Shown here: piece by piece, positions 27,688-37,441 of the stretch
Layout of the letters: every line of letters begins with the position of its first letter
How positions within the stretch are numbered: the stretch's first letter is position 1
The notes under the pieces: model-generated
Database searches by the model: none
What the model was told of the DNA's origin: nothing
Seen by the model: the letters and a program-made list of their open reading frames with translations, nothing else
Position numbers and translations under genes: made by a program
Source of the DNA: Desulfobacterales bacterium
GTDB lineage: Bacteria; Desulfobacterota; Desulfobacteria; Desulfobacterales; JAHEIW01
Length of the DNA: 38,537 bases
Assembly: GCA_041559695.1 (NCBI GenBank)
Contig: JBFFCW010000003.1
Coordinates: 1-38,537, forward strand
Direction: 5' to 3'

Positions 27688-30600
27688 ATGGCTCCTGAAT
27701 CCTTACAAGAAGAACGGAAACTGGTGACTGTAGTTTTCGCTGATCTGGTTGGATCTACTGCGCTGGCGGCGCAGCAGGACCCCGAACAGCTCCGCGGATT
27801 GCTTTCCGCTTTCTTTGAAGAGATGGCCCAACAGATCAGGTCCTTCGGCGGCACGGTCGAGAAGTACGCCGGCGATGCGATCATGGCTGTTTTCGGCGTG
27901 CCGCGGGTGCATGAGGACGATGCCGAGCGTGCTGTGCGCGCTGCAATTGCTATGCAGGAGACCATCGGCCAGCTTAATCCCACCTTCGAGCAGGAATACC
28001 ACAGCCGGTTAGCGCTTCGAGTCGGCATTGCCACCGGGGAGGTAGTGGCTGCAACACAGGAAACCCGGGAGTTTATGGTCACCGGAGAGGTGGCCAACCT
28101 TGCTGCCCGTCTACAATCTGCCGCTTGCGGTATTGTCGTCAGTGAAGAAACGCACCGGCTCCTCGGGCCTCTGCTCGAGTCCAGGCGGTTGGACCCGCTA
28201 TCGCTGAAAGGGTTCTCTGAACCGGTTACGGCCTATCGCGTCATCGGACTTCGGCAGCTTGACAGAAAGCCACGCGGCATTCCCGGGTTGCATTCGCCGA
28301 TGGTGGGACGGGATCGCGAGGCAGAGATCCTGAACCGCTGTGTGGAAGACCTCCAGCGGGCCCGTGGCCAGATTATTTCCATTATTGGAGAGGCCGGGCT
28401 GGGGAAGTCCCGCCTGAAGATCGAACTTCGCGAGGGACTGCCTGAAGGTGTAAGCTGGCTCGAAGGACGGTGCTATGCACACACCCAGACGACCAGCTAC
28501 GCACCGTTTATTCAGATTCTAAAAGCGGACTTCCAACTGGGAGCCGCAGAGCCCCAGGTGGTTGCTCGGACAAAACTCCGCGCTGCCCTTCGGTCGCTGG
28601 TTGAAGAACGTTACGATCAGGTGCACCCGGCTGTTGCTCACCTGCTAAATATTGAACTTGAGCCGGGGCAGCTTGATGGCCGTTCGCTGGATCCCCGAGC
28701 GCTGCAATCCCAGCTGGTGTCCGCCATGAGAGCCTTGATAGAGGCCCTCTCAGCCCGTAAGCCACTGGTTCTGGCGTTTGAGGATATCCACTGGGCCGAC
28801 GCGGCGTCAATCGAGCTCCTCACTGTTCTCATGGAGCTGACGGACTTCATTCCGCTCATAATTCTGACCGTGTGTCGACCGGACGTCGAAGGGGGATCGT
28901 GGGATTTCAGGTTCCATGCACAGCGCAACTACCCCCATCGCCTCACTGAAATCCAACTCGCCCCGCTGGCATCAGAACAGGCCCAGCGATTGATCCGCAA
29001 CCTGCTGCACATCTCCGACCTTCCAGATCAAATTCAGGGTCTGGTTCTGGACCGATCCGAAGGCAACCCGTTGTTCCTCGAGGAGATCGTCCGAACGTTG
29101 ATTGAGGAGCAGGTGCTCCGCCGTGAAGGCGAGCGCTGGATCGCCGCGGGCGAAGTGGAGCGGCCGGTTATCCCGGGCCTTCTGCGGGGGGTTATTGCCG
29201 CCAGGATCGATCATTTACCCCCGGCCGCCAAGGTGGTGCTCCAGCATGCTGCGGTCGTCGGTCGTGTCTTCACCTATCGCGCGCTCCAGGCGCTCACCGA
29301 CGGCGACGGGGATCTGGATCGCGCTCTCGCTCACCTGCTGCGCGCCGATTTTATCCGCGAGCAGGCGCGCCTGCCCGAGGTCGAGTATCTGTTCAAACAT
29401 GTGCTCACCCAGGAAGCCGCATACGCCAGCATCCTGAATGAACAACGCCGGTCCCTCCACCGCAAGGTTGCGGTGTTCATGGAGCCGGCAGCGGCGGATA
29501 CACCCGCTGAGCACGCGGCCGTTCTCGCTCATCACTGGTTGTGTGCTGAAGATTGGGCGAAGGCGTTGAAATATACACTGCAAGCAGCCGAACGGGCCAG
29601 CAAGCTCTATGCCCGGCCGGAGGCCATCGCTCACTACTGGCAGGCTTTGGAGCTGCTGGAGCGCGTTCCTCAGACGCTTGAGCAACGCCACACCCATATG
29701 GATGTAGTTCTCGCGCTGGTCAAGCAGCCAGGATCTTTCAGAGACGCCGACGAACAGAAGCGAGGGTCGCGGCATATCGATAAAGCCATCCGTTTCGCTG
29801 CCGATAGCGGCGAGATGGGAACGCTGGCCCAGCTGGAGGCGCTGAAAGCATACGACCTGTGGGATGAAAGCCTTTTCATACAGGCGGTTGCTCACAGCGA
29901 GGTCTCAGGAGATAAATTTGCACAGGCATTCACCGCCGAGCTCTATGGACACTATCTGGGGGCGAACGGACAGTTCGTTAAGGCCCTCACCCATATCGAT
30001 CAGGCGATGGACATCATGGCTGCTGCGGGAGCAACATACGCGCATGCCTGGTATATGGCCTCGGGAGGACGGTGCTATTGTGCGCGTGCCGGCAAGCTGG
30101 AAAAGGCGCTGGGATACGCTGCAGGGGCTCGCGAGATTGAAGCGGCCATGGGCGATGCAAGGCTGCGGGCCTGGTGCGGCATGGAAGTAGAGCCATTATT
30201 GTACAAGGGCCTTTGGGAGCAGGTGGTTCGAGTCGCAGAGAAGGGCCTGACGGTCTCCTGGGAGATCGGGGAATGGGGGGTGATCTTCGCGCTATCCGCC
30301 TGGCTGGGCATCGCTTATCTGAAACTCGGGCGCCTTGAGGACGCCAGGACTGTCATAGACCGGGCGCTGAAAGAGAGCCAGGCAGGCAACTTTCCCCCGT
30401 ATGCAATAACTTACCTGCAGATCAGTGCCGCCCAGCTCCGCCTCGCCCTCGGTGAGCCCGACCAAGCTCTAAAATCCATCCGAAAAGCGTTGCAGCTATC
30501 TGAAATCAGCCATATCCGTCTGGAGCAGGGGGCTGCGAATCGCGTCCTGGGACAGGTCCATGAAACTATGGGGAGTCGCGAGGAGGCGGACGCTGCTTTT

Positions 30601-30792
30601 CGCCTCAGCCTGCAGATCTTGGGCAAAATTGAATCTCGTCCCGAGCTGGCACAAACGCTGCTCGCTTACGGCCGCTTCAAGGCCGGGGACGACCCTGATA
30701 AGGGGAGTAGGCTCATTGAGCGCGCTTTACGCACGTTTGAGGAAATCGGCGCAACTGGATGGATCACCGAGGCGCGGGCCGCGCGCTCCTGA
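27688..30792 (+). CDS. Class III adenylate cyclase-AAA ATPase-TPR protein
   Basis: FADLVGST, EKYAGDA, NLAARLQ; Walker A GEAGLGKS; FEDIHWAD; GNPLFLEE; FKHVLTQEAAY; helical TPR-like tail. ATG 27688 or GTG 27670. Confidence 0.9.
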   Translation: MAPESLQEERKLVTVVFADLVGSTALAAQQDPEQLRGLLSAFFEEMAQQIRSFGGTVEKYAGDAIMAVFGVPRVHEDDAERAVRAAIAMQETIGQLNPTFEQEYHSRLALRVGIATGEVVAATQETREFMVTGEVANLAARLQSAACGIVVSEETHRLLGPLLESRRLDPLSLKGFSEPVTAYRVIGLRQLDRKPRGIPGLHSPMVGRDREAEILNRCVEDLQRARGQIISIIGEAGLGKSRLKIELREGLPEGVSWLEGRCYAHTQTTSYAPFIQILKADFQLGAAEPQVVARTKLRAALRSLVEERYDQVHPAVAHLLNIELEPGQLDGRSLDPRALQSQLVSAMRALIEALSARKPLVLAFEDIHWADAASIELLTVLMELTDFIPLIILTVCRPDVEGGSWDFRFHAQRNYPHRLTEIQLAPLASEQAQRLIRNLLHISDLPDQIQGLVLDRSEGNPLFLEEIVRTLIEEQVLRREGERWIAAGEVERPVIPGLLRGVIAARIDHLPPAAKVVLQHAAVVGRVFTYRALQALTDGDGDLDRALAHLLRADFIREQARLPEVEYLFKHVLTQEAAYASILNEQRRSLHRKVAVFMEPAAADTPAEHAAVLAHHWLCAEDWAKALKYTLQAAERASKLYARPEAIAHYWQALELLERVPQTLEQRHTHMDVVLALVKQPGSFRDADEQKRGSRHIDKAIRFAADSGEMGTLAQLEALKAYDLWDESLFIQAVAHSEVSGDKFAQAFTAELYGHYLGANGQFVKALTHIDQAMDIMAAAGATYAHAWYMASGGRCYCARAGKLEKALGYAAGAREIEAAMGDARLRAWCGMEVEPLLYKGLWEQVVRVAEKGLTVSWEIGEWGVIFALSAWLGIAYLKLGRLEDARTVIDRALKESQAGNFPPYAITYLQISAAQLRLALGEPDQALKSIRKALQLSEISHIRLEQGAANRVLGQVHETMGSREEADAAFRLSLQILGKIESRPELAQTLLAYGRFKAGDDPDKGSRLIERALRTFEEIGATGWITEARAARS

Positions 30793-30910
30793 ACATTTAT
30801 CGGAGGCCCGTGCTGCACCCGAATCTAAAAAAATCAGATGCGAATCCCGCTCGCGGGGCAACGCAGCCATTGGGCCTAAGATGGGGTTTTGAAGCCACTT
30901 CTAAGCGTCT

Positions 30911-32704
30911 TCATGCCGGATGCTGCGGGAATCCGGCCCTGCCGAGGGTTTCAATCTCGCGCTGCAGGTGGTCGGGGTTTTTAAAAGGCTGAGTTTGTTT
31001 GAAAAGCGCCAATTTTAAGCGGGGATTAATCTTGAGCGCTTGCGCCATACAAACGCGGGCTTCATCCTCCCTGCCGGAGGCGGCGTAAATTCCGGCCAGA
31101 TGAACCAGCGCCCAATCTTCCGGATACTCACCCCTGCGGCTGCGATCATAAAGCTGTTTGCTGCTGGCAAGGGCCTCTTCATACCTCCTCTTAAATGCGC
31201 AACTCCTGGCCAGAGCACTCAGATAGAAAGCCGGGTAGTAAGGACTGAGACGCATGGCTTTGTCTGTCAACGCAATGGCCTCATCGAACCGTCCCGCAAA
31301 CAACATTATTTGGGCCAAATGCGCATGTCCAATTGAAAAGTTGGGATCGAGTGAGATGGCCCGTTTTCCCTCGGTGATGGCCTGATCATGCTTTCTTTGA
31401 AAGAGATAAATCAATCCCAACATGATATGCGCGGAAGCACTTTTATCATCCAGGGACAAGGCCTTACGGGCAAGTTCATGCGCACTTTTGAAAGAATCAG
31501 CCGGGGACGCACTCCACCCGTAAGCCGCAGCCGCGGTATGGGTAGCACCCAGCCATACATAAGCAAGTACATAGCCGGGGTCGAGCTTTATCGCCCTTTC
31601 AAAGAGCTCTCGAGCCTTGACATTATCTTCCCTGTTAAATCTATCAAGAAGGCAGTTTCCTTTGACCCCGCAACTCCAGGCCTCAAGGTTATCTGTAGTT
31701 TTTGCATATGCGCGGGCCTGCTCTCCATGCGTTAATTCCACCTGGAGCGAGACCACGATCTTTTTGGTGATTTCATCCTGCAATTCAAAAAGCTCCACCA
31801 TTTTGCGGTCGTACTTATCCGACCAGAGGTGATAGCCGTTGAGGGCATCAATTAACTGGGCGGTAACCCTCAGCCGCTCACCGGATTTCTGAACACTGCC
31901 TTCCAGGACATAGTGGACTCCCAGATCCTCAGCGATTTGCTGAACTTTTACGGATCTTCCTTTGTAAGCGAATGTGGAGTTGCGGGCGATGACCAACATT
32001 CCCGAGCCCACCGACAAGGCGCTGATGATGTTTTCGCTGATTCCGTCACCGATATATTCCTGGGCAGGATCGCCGCTCATGTTGGTAAACGACAGAACTG
32101 CGATGGAGGGCTTTTCAGGCAGTGGAAACGTCATGCGCTCCATCTGCGCTTTGTTTCCCTTCCTGACCACAGCATCCGGAACCGCGAGCACCCGGTAAAC
32201 ATGTACGGCTTCTTCAATGTTTTTTAAGCGTTTTTTGCCCGCATATTGATAGTCCAGTTTTAGCTTTTTCTTGACCTGATCATAGGCAATGCCGGACATA
32301 CAAATCCCGCCGGGTTCAGCTAAAGACTCCAGGCGTGCAGCCACATTGACGCCTTCGCCGTAAATTTTTTCTCTTTCCTGAATGACATCGCCAAGGTTAA
32401 TTCCGATACGGAACTGCATTTTTCGGTTTTCAGGCAGTTTTTCGTTGCGGATCTTGATCTCTTTTTGGACCGCCATTGCGCATTGCACCGCATCGACCAC
32501 ACTGGCAAACTCGGCCAGCAGGTTGTCGCCGGGAGCGTCCAGCACCCGGCCGTTGTACTGCCGGATCAATGTGCTCATCACCTCTCGGTAGGCCGTTAAG
32601 GTAAGAACGGTGGCTTCTTCGTCTTCGCCCATCAAACGGCTGTACGCTGCCGCATCTGCGCTGAGAATGGCGGCAAGCTTGCGTTTCAAACCTCCTTGAG
32701 CCAT
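30911..32704 (-). CDS. Class III cyclase-TolB-N-like-TPR protein
   Basis: KRKLAAILSAD, GDNLLAEF, FRIGINLGDV, NVAARLE, PSIAVLSFTNMSGDP, VIARNSTF, TPR repeats; GAAAGGA RBS. Confidence 0.92.
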   Translation of the reverse strand: MAQGGLKRKLAAILSADAAAYSRLMGEDEEATVLTLTAYREVMSTLIRQYNGRVLDAPGDNLLAEFASVVDAVQCAMAVQKEIKIRNEKLPENRKMQFRIGINLGDVIQEREKIYGEGVNVAARLESLAEPGGICMSGIAYDQVKKKLKLDYQYAGKKRLKNIEEAVHVYRVLAVPDAVVRKGNKAQMERMTFPLPEKPSIAVLSFTNMSGDPAQEYIGDGISENIISALSVGSGMLVIARNSTFAYKGRSVKVQQIAEDLGVHYVLEGSVQKSGERLRVTAQLIDALNGYHLWSDKYDRKMVELFELQDEITKKIVVSLQVELTHGEQARAYAKTTDNLEAWSCGVKGNCLLDRFNREDNVKARELFERAIKLDPGYVLAYVWLGATHTAAAAYGWSASPADSFKSAHELARKALSLDDKSASAHIMLGLIYLFQRKHDQAITEGKRAISLDPNFSIGHAHLAQIMLFAGRFDEAIALTDKAMRLSPYYPAFYLSALARSCAFKRRYEEALASSKQLYDRSRRGEYPEDWALVHLAGIYAASGREDEARVCMAQALKINPRLKLALFKQTQPFKNPDHLQREIETLGRAGFPQHPA

Positions 32705-32994
32705 TAATCTTCCTTTCGGGTTTCGAACGGCCTGGATATGAATCCATGAAATTTATCAGATAAGGCGCCCGCAATAGCGGTCGAGACATTCCAAATCAGG
32801 TGGAAGCAGCGGTTCTGCAAAGCGGTCGCATATCCTGAAAAGTACTATAATTTGAAAGGATTACTCAAATCAAGAGATTTAAAAAGCGGGGTTTGGTATC
32901 GGTATAAAAACGCCGTTCAGTCCCCGGGATTTCGCACCCGATGATAGAAATGATTCCGACGGCATGCGAATTGAGAAATTTTTTAAAAAAAAGC

Positions 32995-33023
32995 TTGACA
33001 TACCACAATGTAGCAGATATACA
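32995..33023 (+). promoter_or_regulatory. Putative sigma70 promoter
   Basis: A-tract, then TTGACA (32995-33000)-N17-TATACA (33018-33023). Confidence 0.55.
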
Positions 33024-33029
33024 TACTTT

Positions 33030-33134
33030 TCAGAGTTGAAAGACTCTAAGCATTATTATACCTCCAAAGCTTTTTTCCTTATCCATTAATGAAGGGGCGG
33101 TTCATTCCTCCGTGAGCCGCCTTTTTCATTTTTT
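33030..33134 (+). ncRNA. Candidate sRNA of about 100 nt with two CCUCC motifs
   Basis: Lies between a promoter and an intrinsic terminator. 5' GAAA hairpin AGAGTT-GAAA-GACTCT (33032-33047); CCTCC at 33061-33065 and in the terminator loop. Confidence 0.5.
33088..33134 (+). terminator. Intrinsic terminator
   Basis: AATGAAGGGGCGGTTCA-TTCCTCCG-TGAGCCGCCTTTTTCATT followed by a T run. Confidence 0.75.
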
Positions 33135-33285
33135 GGCATTTCACCGGTTCTCTTTTCTAAAACGAGAAATATACTTCAGTATTTCATTAAAGTTTCCCCC
33201 ATGTTTTACCGATTAAATAAGATAACATAATCCATAACTTACGTTCTGATCTTTATCAACCGCCTTATGTGAGGAGAGTGATATT

Positions 33286-33942
33286 ATGTATTTGAAATTA
33301 TTTAAAATGTTTGCGATTTTGCTGTTTGTGGTGCTTATTTTCCCTCCGGGGAATTCGGTTGCTTTTAAATCATTGACCCGCGATCAGCTGGTTTATGATG
33401 CCATTGAATTTTGCCCGGCTGAATTAAAAGCTTACCTGCGCAGCAATTTAGCCACGATCTCGTCGGGGATGCATTTTAAGGAAAGGCATCGTAACGGCAG
33501 CTATTCAATTGACCCTTACGATAGTGAATTGGTTTATCAAAATCTCATCAAGGATTTAAGAGACGGAAAACAAGATGAATTCAATACGGCGCATGCTTTT
33601 GGCGTTCTGGCCTGCTTTCTGGCTGAAACAATTTCTCCGGATAATTACAAAACACCCAGTCATTTGATTCCGGAAATAGTCGAATACGATGGTCACCATC
33701 AGGTTGAAACGGCCAGTATCAAACCCCATATCACCAGTTTAATTGAGAATTACCGTATTCCCTGCAAAAAAAGGATGAAAAAAGAGATTACCGATCACCT
33801 TTATAATGTAGCGGTCAACGAAATTGTTGATTATTGGGTCAGCGCCTGGGAAGCCGGCGGTTATCAGACAGGCCTGTTTGCCAGCGTCGGTGAAGAGATT
33901 ACGCACCAAAACCTGGTGCTGAACTTCAAGGTGGTCGGCTGA
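33286..33942 (+). CDS. Secreted hypothetical protein, possibly phospholipase C/P1-nuclease-like fold
   Basis: GAGGAG RBS, signal peptide; AFGVLACFLAE and YNVAVNEIVDYWVSAW recall PLC/S1-P1 helices (inference). Confidence 0.65.
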   Translation: MYLKLFKMFAILLFVVLIFPPGNSVAFKSLTRDQLVYDAIEFCPAELKAYLRSNLATISSGMHFKERHRNGSYSIDPYDSELVYQNLIKDLRDGKQDEFNTAHAFGVLACFLAETISPDNYKTPSHLIPEIVEYDGHHQVETASIKPHITSLIENYRIPCKKRMKKEITDHLYNVAVNEIVDYWVSAWEAGGYQTGLFASVGEEITHQNLVLNFKVVG

Positions 33943-34013
33943 CGGCCGCGCTAACGGGCAGGTTCTGCCCGTCAATTTCCGGGAAATAAATAAACGGGTT
34001 TTTATAACCCTTT

Positions 34014-34048
34014 AAAAAATCCCGCCCTACCGGGGCGGGATTTTTTTT
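34014..34048. terminator. Bidirectional intrinsic terminator
   Basis: AAAAAATCCCGCCC-TACCG-GGGCGGGATTTTTTTT between convergent genes; it overlaps the 3' end of the minus-strand gene. Confidence 0.8.
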
Positions 34049-35784
34049 ACGATGTGTTTGAGATCTTCCCAGGCATCGGTGAGCATCGCATTGGGCACAT
34101 AGCCCTCAATCCAATCGCGGTAGGCGCGGATGTTGATCTGCTGGTAAAGCGGAATGCCGATGGCTTCTTCAAACCACAGGTGCTGCAGCCGGGTGTAAAT
34201 TTCTTCGCGTTTTGCCGGATCTACCGTGGCGATGCCGGCTTCGCAAAGCCGGTCGACCTCATTATTTTTATAAGCCATGAATTTGCCGTAAACGCCCCGG
34301 GAGTGCATGAAGGTATACAGGAAGTTATGCGGATCAGCGTAGTCCGCTCCCCAGCCCGTGATAAAAATCGGAAACATAAAGCTGCGGTACTGAACCAGAT
34401 AATCCTTCCATTCCACGTTGCGGATCTCGATGTTGAATTTGGGATTCAGCGACATGATGTTTTCCGCCAGCATAATCGCAGCGGCCTCACGCATGGCATT
34501 GCCGGAATTATAGGTGATGACCATTTTAAAACCGTTATGCCACACCTTGCCGTCCCAGGCTTTTTTTAGAGCGGCTTTGGATTTATCCAGATCAAACGCG
34601 TATACCGGTACCGCTTTGTGAAAGGGCAGCCCCTCGATATTGGGGCTGGTGGGCATAATCACCAGACCGTTAAAAACATCTTCGCGGTAAGTTTTGCGGT
34701 CCAGGGCGTGCAAAAAAGCCCTGCGAACGTTGATATCCGAGAAGAAATCCGGCGGGATACCCTTGCCGTCCAGTTTGCCGCTGCCGATATTCGGGTTGCC
34801 GGTGGGGTCGACGTTCTGGCAAAAGAGCGCAAATGAAACCGACAGCTGCGGCACCCGGTAAAATTTCAAGCCCTGCATGGCTTTGACTTCGGGCACGTAG
34901 GGGATGTCCACCGTAACCCGGTCGGCATGCCCGTTTTGCAGCATGAGTTTACGGGTGCTCCATTCTTTTACGTATTTGACAATGGCCGTTTTGAGGGCCG
35001 GCCGGTTTCCCCAGTACCCCTCAAAGCGTTCGAACACAAACTCCTTGGAGGGCTTCCAGGATTTCATGCGAAAGGCACCGGTACCGTTGGTAATTTTTTG
35101 CAGGGGTTCATGGCCGGGCGCCGGATTGTTGTATTTCGCCGCATTTTTGATATCGCCGTCCCAGCATCCATTGGCGATGGCCCATTCTCTGTTCAGGATA
35201 ACCGACGAGGAATATGCCAGGATTCCCATCAGAGGCGGATACGGTTTGGGCAGGTGAAAAACGACGCTATCGCCGTTAACTTTTACGGCCTGGTCGATCC
35301 TGTTAAAAATTCCCGTTATGATTTTTCCGTTTTCATCGCGGGTTGAGCTTTGACCGGTCAACGCTTCCAGCAGCATCCACATGGGGCCGCCGTCCGGATC
35401 TGCGATCATGTTGCGTTTAAACGAGTAAGCGACATCCTGCGGCGTTAAGTCGGCGCCGTTCTGGAATTTGACACCTTTGCGGATCGGAAAGGTATAGGTC
35501 GTGCCGCTGCCGCTGATACCGCCGTTTTCCAGCGTGGGTACCCGGGTGGTCAGAACCGGTATAAACGCATCGGTTTTTGATCCGTCAAAAAACACCAGCG
35601 GCTCGTAGATATTCCAGATGCGCTGGGACCCGGTGGTGTCATAGCATGCCGCCGGGTCCAGCGTTCGCAGGGTCCCGTAGGTGGCTAAAACAAAAGTGTC
35701 CGTAACTTCAACTTCATCCTGAACCGTGCAGGCACTGATGAAAAAAATCAAAGAAAAGATGAGCGCTAGGCGAGTGCGTTTCAT
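34027..35784 (-). CDS. Family 5 ABC substrate-binding lipoprotein, paralog of 9109-10851
   Basis: Lipobox-like ISAC. Shares long identical blocks with the first SBP (DGGPMWMLLEALTG, IKNAAKYNNPAPGHEPLQKI, IVKYVKEWSTRKLMLQNG). ATG 35784 preferred over TTG 35790. Confidence 0.93.
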   Translation of the reverse strand: MKRTRLALIFSLIFFISACTVQDEVEVTDTFVLATYGTLRTLDPAACYDTTGSQRIWNIYEPLVFFDGSKTDAFIPVLTTRVPTLENGGISGSGTTYTFPIRKGVKFQNGADLTPQDVAYSFKRNMIADPDGGPMWMLLEALTGQSSTRDENGKIITGIFNRIDQAVKVNGDSVVFHLPKPYPPLMGILAYSSSVILNREWAIANGCWDGDIKNAAKYNNPAPGHEPLQKITNGTGAFRMKSWKPSKEFVFERFEGYWGNRPALKTAIVKYVKEWSTRKLMLQNGHADRVTVDIPYVPEVKAMQGLKFYRVPQLSVSFALFCQNVDPTGNPNIGSGKLDGKGIPPDFFSDINVRRAFLHALDRKTYREDVFNGLVIMPTSPNIEGLPFHKAVPVYAFDLDKSKAALKKAWDGKVWHNGFKMVITYNSGNAMREAAAIMLAENIMSLNPKFNIEIRNVEWKDYLVQYRSFMFPIFITGWGADYADPHNFLYTFMHSRGVYGKFMAYKNNEVDRLCEAGIATVDPAKREEIYTRLQHLWFEEAIGIPLYQQINIRAYRDWIEGYVPNAMLTDAWEDLKHIVKKIPPR

Positions 35785-35795
35785 TTTCAAAAAAG

Positions 35796-36044
35796 CTATT
35801 TTTTAACTGCCCGGTAGATAATGAGCAGAACCACTGAGCCGCAGACGGCGATAATCAAACTGCGCAGGTCAAAGCCGGTGATCTGGCCGAAACCCATGGC
35901 GGAGCTGACAAAACCGCCCCCGATAGCGCCGGCAATTCCCAGCAAAATGGTGATGAAGATTCCCCCCGGATCTTTGCCGGGCATGATAAATTTTGCAATC
36001 ACCCCGACAACCAATCCCAGGATAATCCATGAAATGATTCCCAT
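35796..36044 (-). CDS. GlsB/YeaQ/YmgE family (transglycosylase-associated) membrane protein
   Basis: MGIISWIILGLVVGVIAKFIMPGKDPGG...LGIAGAIGGG; AGGAGG RBS. Confidence 0.92.
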   Translation of the reverse strand: MGIISWIILGLVVGVIAKFIMPGKDPGGIFITILLGIAGAIGGGFVSSAMGFGQITGFDLRSLIIAVCGSVVLLIIYRAVKK

Positions 36045-36125
36045 GTCGACCTCCTTTTTTGGTGGCGCTTTTTAATGGTTCTATCACCGATTGTTATCCG
36101 AAAGTAAAGGCGATTGAAATCGAAA

Positions 36126-37250
36126 TCAGGCGGCCAGTGCGCTGTCTATATCGGCGATGAGGTCGCCGGCATCCTCAATGCCGACGGACAACCGCAGAAG
36201 ACCGTCGCTGATGCCCAGCTCGACTCTTTCTGCCGCCGTGATTTTTTGATGCGATGTCGTTGCCGGCGAGCAAATAATGGTTTCCACTCCCCCGAGGCTG
36301 AGGGCCGGTGTGATCACCTTTAAATTTTTTAAGAATCGTTCCGGCTGCCGGCCGTCGAGCTCAAATGACAGCATGCCGCCGAATCCGGTCATCTGCTTTT
36401 TGGCCACCGCATAACCCGGATGATTTTCAAGACCGGGATAGTGCACCTGCGGGATGCGGGGATCTTTTGCAAGATATTCGGCAATCATCCGGGCGTTGCG
36501 GTTATGTTTGTCCACCCGGACGCCTAAAGTTTTCAGGCTTCTTTCCAGCAGGTAGCAGGTCATTGCATTCATGCTGCCGCCCAGATTGGCTGCCGTCGCT
36601 GAAATTTTGGCTGCCAGCTCTTTGCGCGTTAACACCGCCCCGCAGCACAGGTCGCTGTGGCCGCCCAGGTACTTGGTGCCGCTGTGGGTGACGATGTCGA
36701 TGCCCAGGTCCAGGGGGTTCTGGTTGATCGGCGTCGCAAATGTATTGTCGATAATGCTCAGGATATTGTTGGCTCTGGCAATCTGAGCGGTTGCGGCAAT
36801 ATCCGTAATTAAAAGCAACGGATTGGAAGGTGTTTCAATATAGATGACGCGGGTGTTTTTTTGGACCGCCTGTTCAATTTCGTCGGCACGGTTGGATACA
36901 AAGGTGTATTCGATTCCGAAACGCTCGTATTCAGCAGTTACGAAATGATGCGTTCCACCATAGATATCTTTTTGCAGGACCACATGATCTCCGCTGCTGA
37001 GAAAAGATAACATGGCGGTGCTGATGGCCGCCATACCCGAACTAAACAGCAATCCGTCTTCCGCATTTTCCAGTTCACACAGTTTCTGAACAACGGCTTT
37101 TTGATTGGGAATGTTGAAGTACCGCGGATATACGTTTTCGGGCGTATCCAGGTATTCAAAAGAAGAAGACGTATAAATCGGTGTGTTGAGGCCCCGGGTG
37201 TTGGGGTCGATACGGGTGCCGCTGTGTACGCAGCGGGTATCTTTTCTCAT
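36126..37250 (-). CDS. Cys/Met metabolism PLP enzyme (cystathionine gamma-lyase/synthase-like)
   Basis: FSSGMAAI, YGGT, ETPSNP, DNTFATP, HSGTKYLGGHSD, SLGGVET, RLSVGIED. Start ATG 37250 with AGGAGG RBS. Confidence 0.93.
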   Translation of the reverse strand: MRKDTRCVHSGTRIDPNTRGLNTPIYTSSSFEYLDTPENVYPRYFNIPNQKAVVQKLCELENAEDGLLFSSGMAAISTAMLSFLSSGDHVVLQKDIYGGTHHFVTAEYERFGIEYTFVSNRADEIEQAVQKNTRVIYIETPSNPLLLITDIAATAQIARANNILSIIDNTFATPINQNPLDLGIDIVTHSGTKYLGGHSDLCCGAVLTRKELAAKISATAANLGGSMNAMTCYLLERSLKTLGVRVDKHNRNARMIAEYLAKDPRIPQVHYPGLENHPGYAVAKKQMTGFGGMLSFELDGRQPERFLKNLKVITPALSLGGVETIICSPATTSHQKITAAERVELGISDGLLRLSVGIEDAGDLIADIDSALAA

Positions 37251-37441
37251 GATCAATTCCTCCTGAAAGTCGGCGTCATTTGATCTATAAGAACCATATT
37301 GCGTATCTGTTTTGCAATAAATTTTTATTTTTATACCCTTGCAAACGCACAAACGGGTCGAGCAGACACCCATCGCCGTTAAACCCACTCAATTTTATCA
37401 TCAGGGAACCGGGTCCATGATCCATGATGACCGCAGATCTC

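Noticed and set aside
37345-37385. Fluoride or SAM riboswitch upstream of the Cys/Met lyase (GGCGATGG on minus strand)
   Set aside because: The closing stem and the 3' conserved motif are absent; no SAM-I core seen.
37251-37388. Extended N-terminus of the PLP lyase
   Set aside because: A strong AGGAGG precedes ATG 37250 and family similarity begins there.
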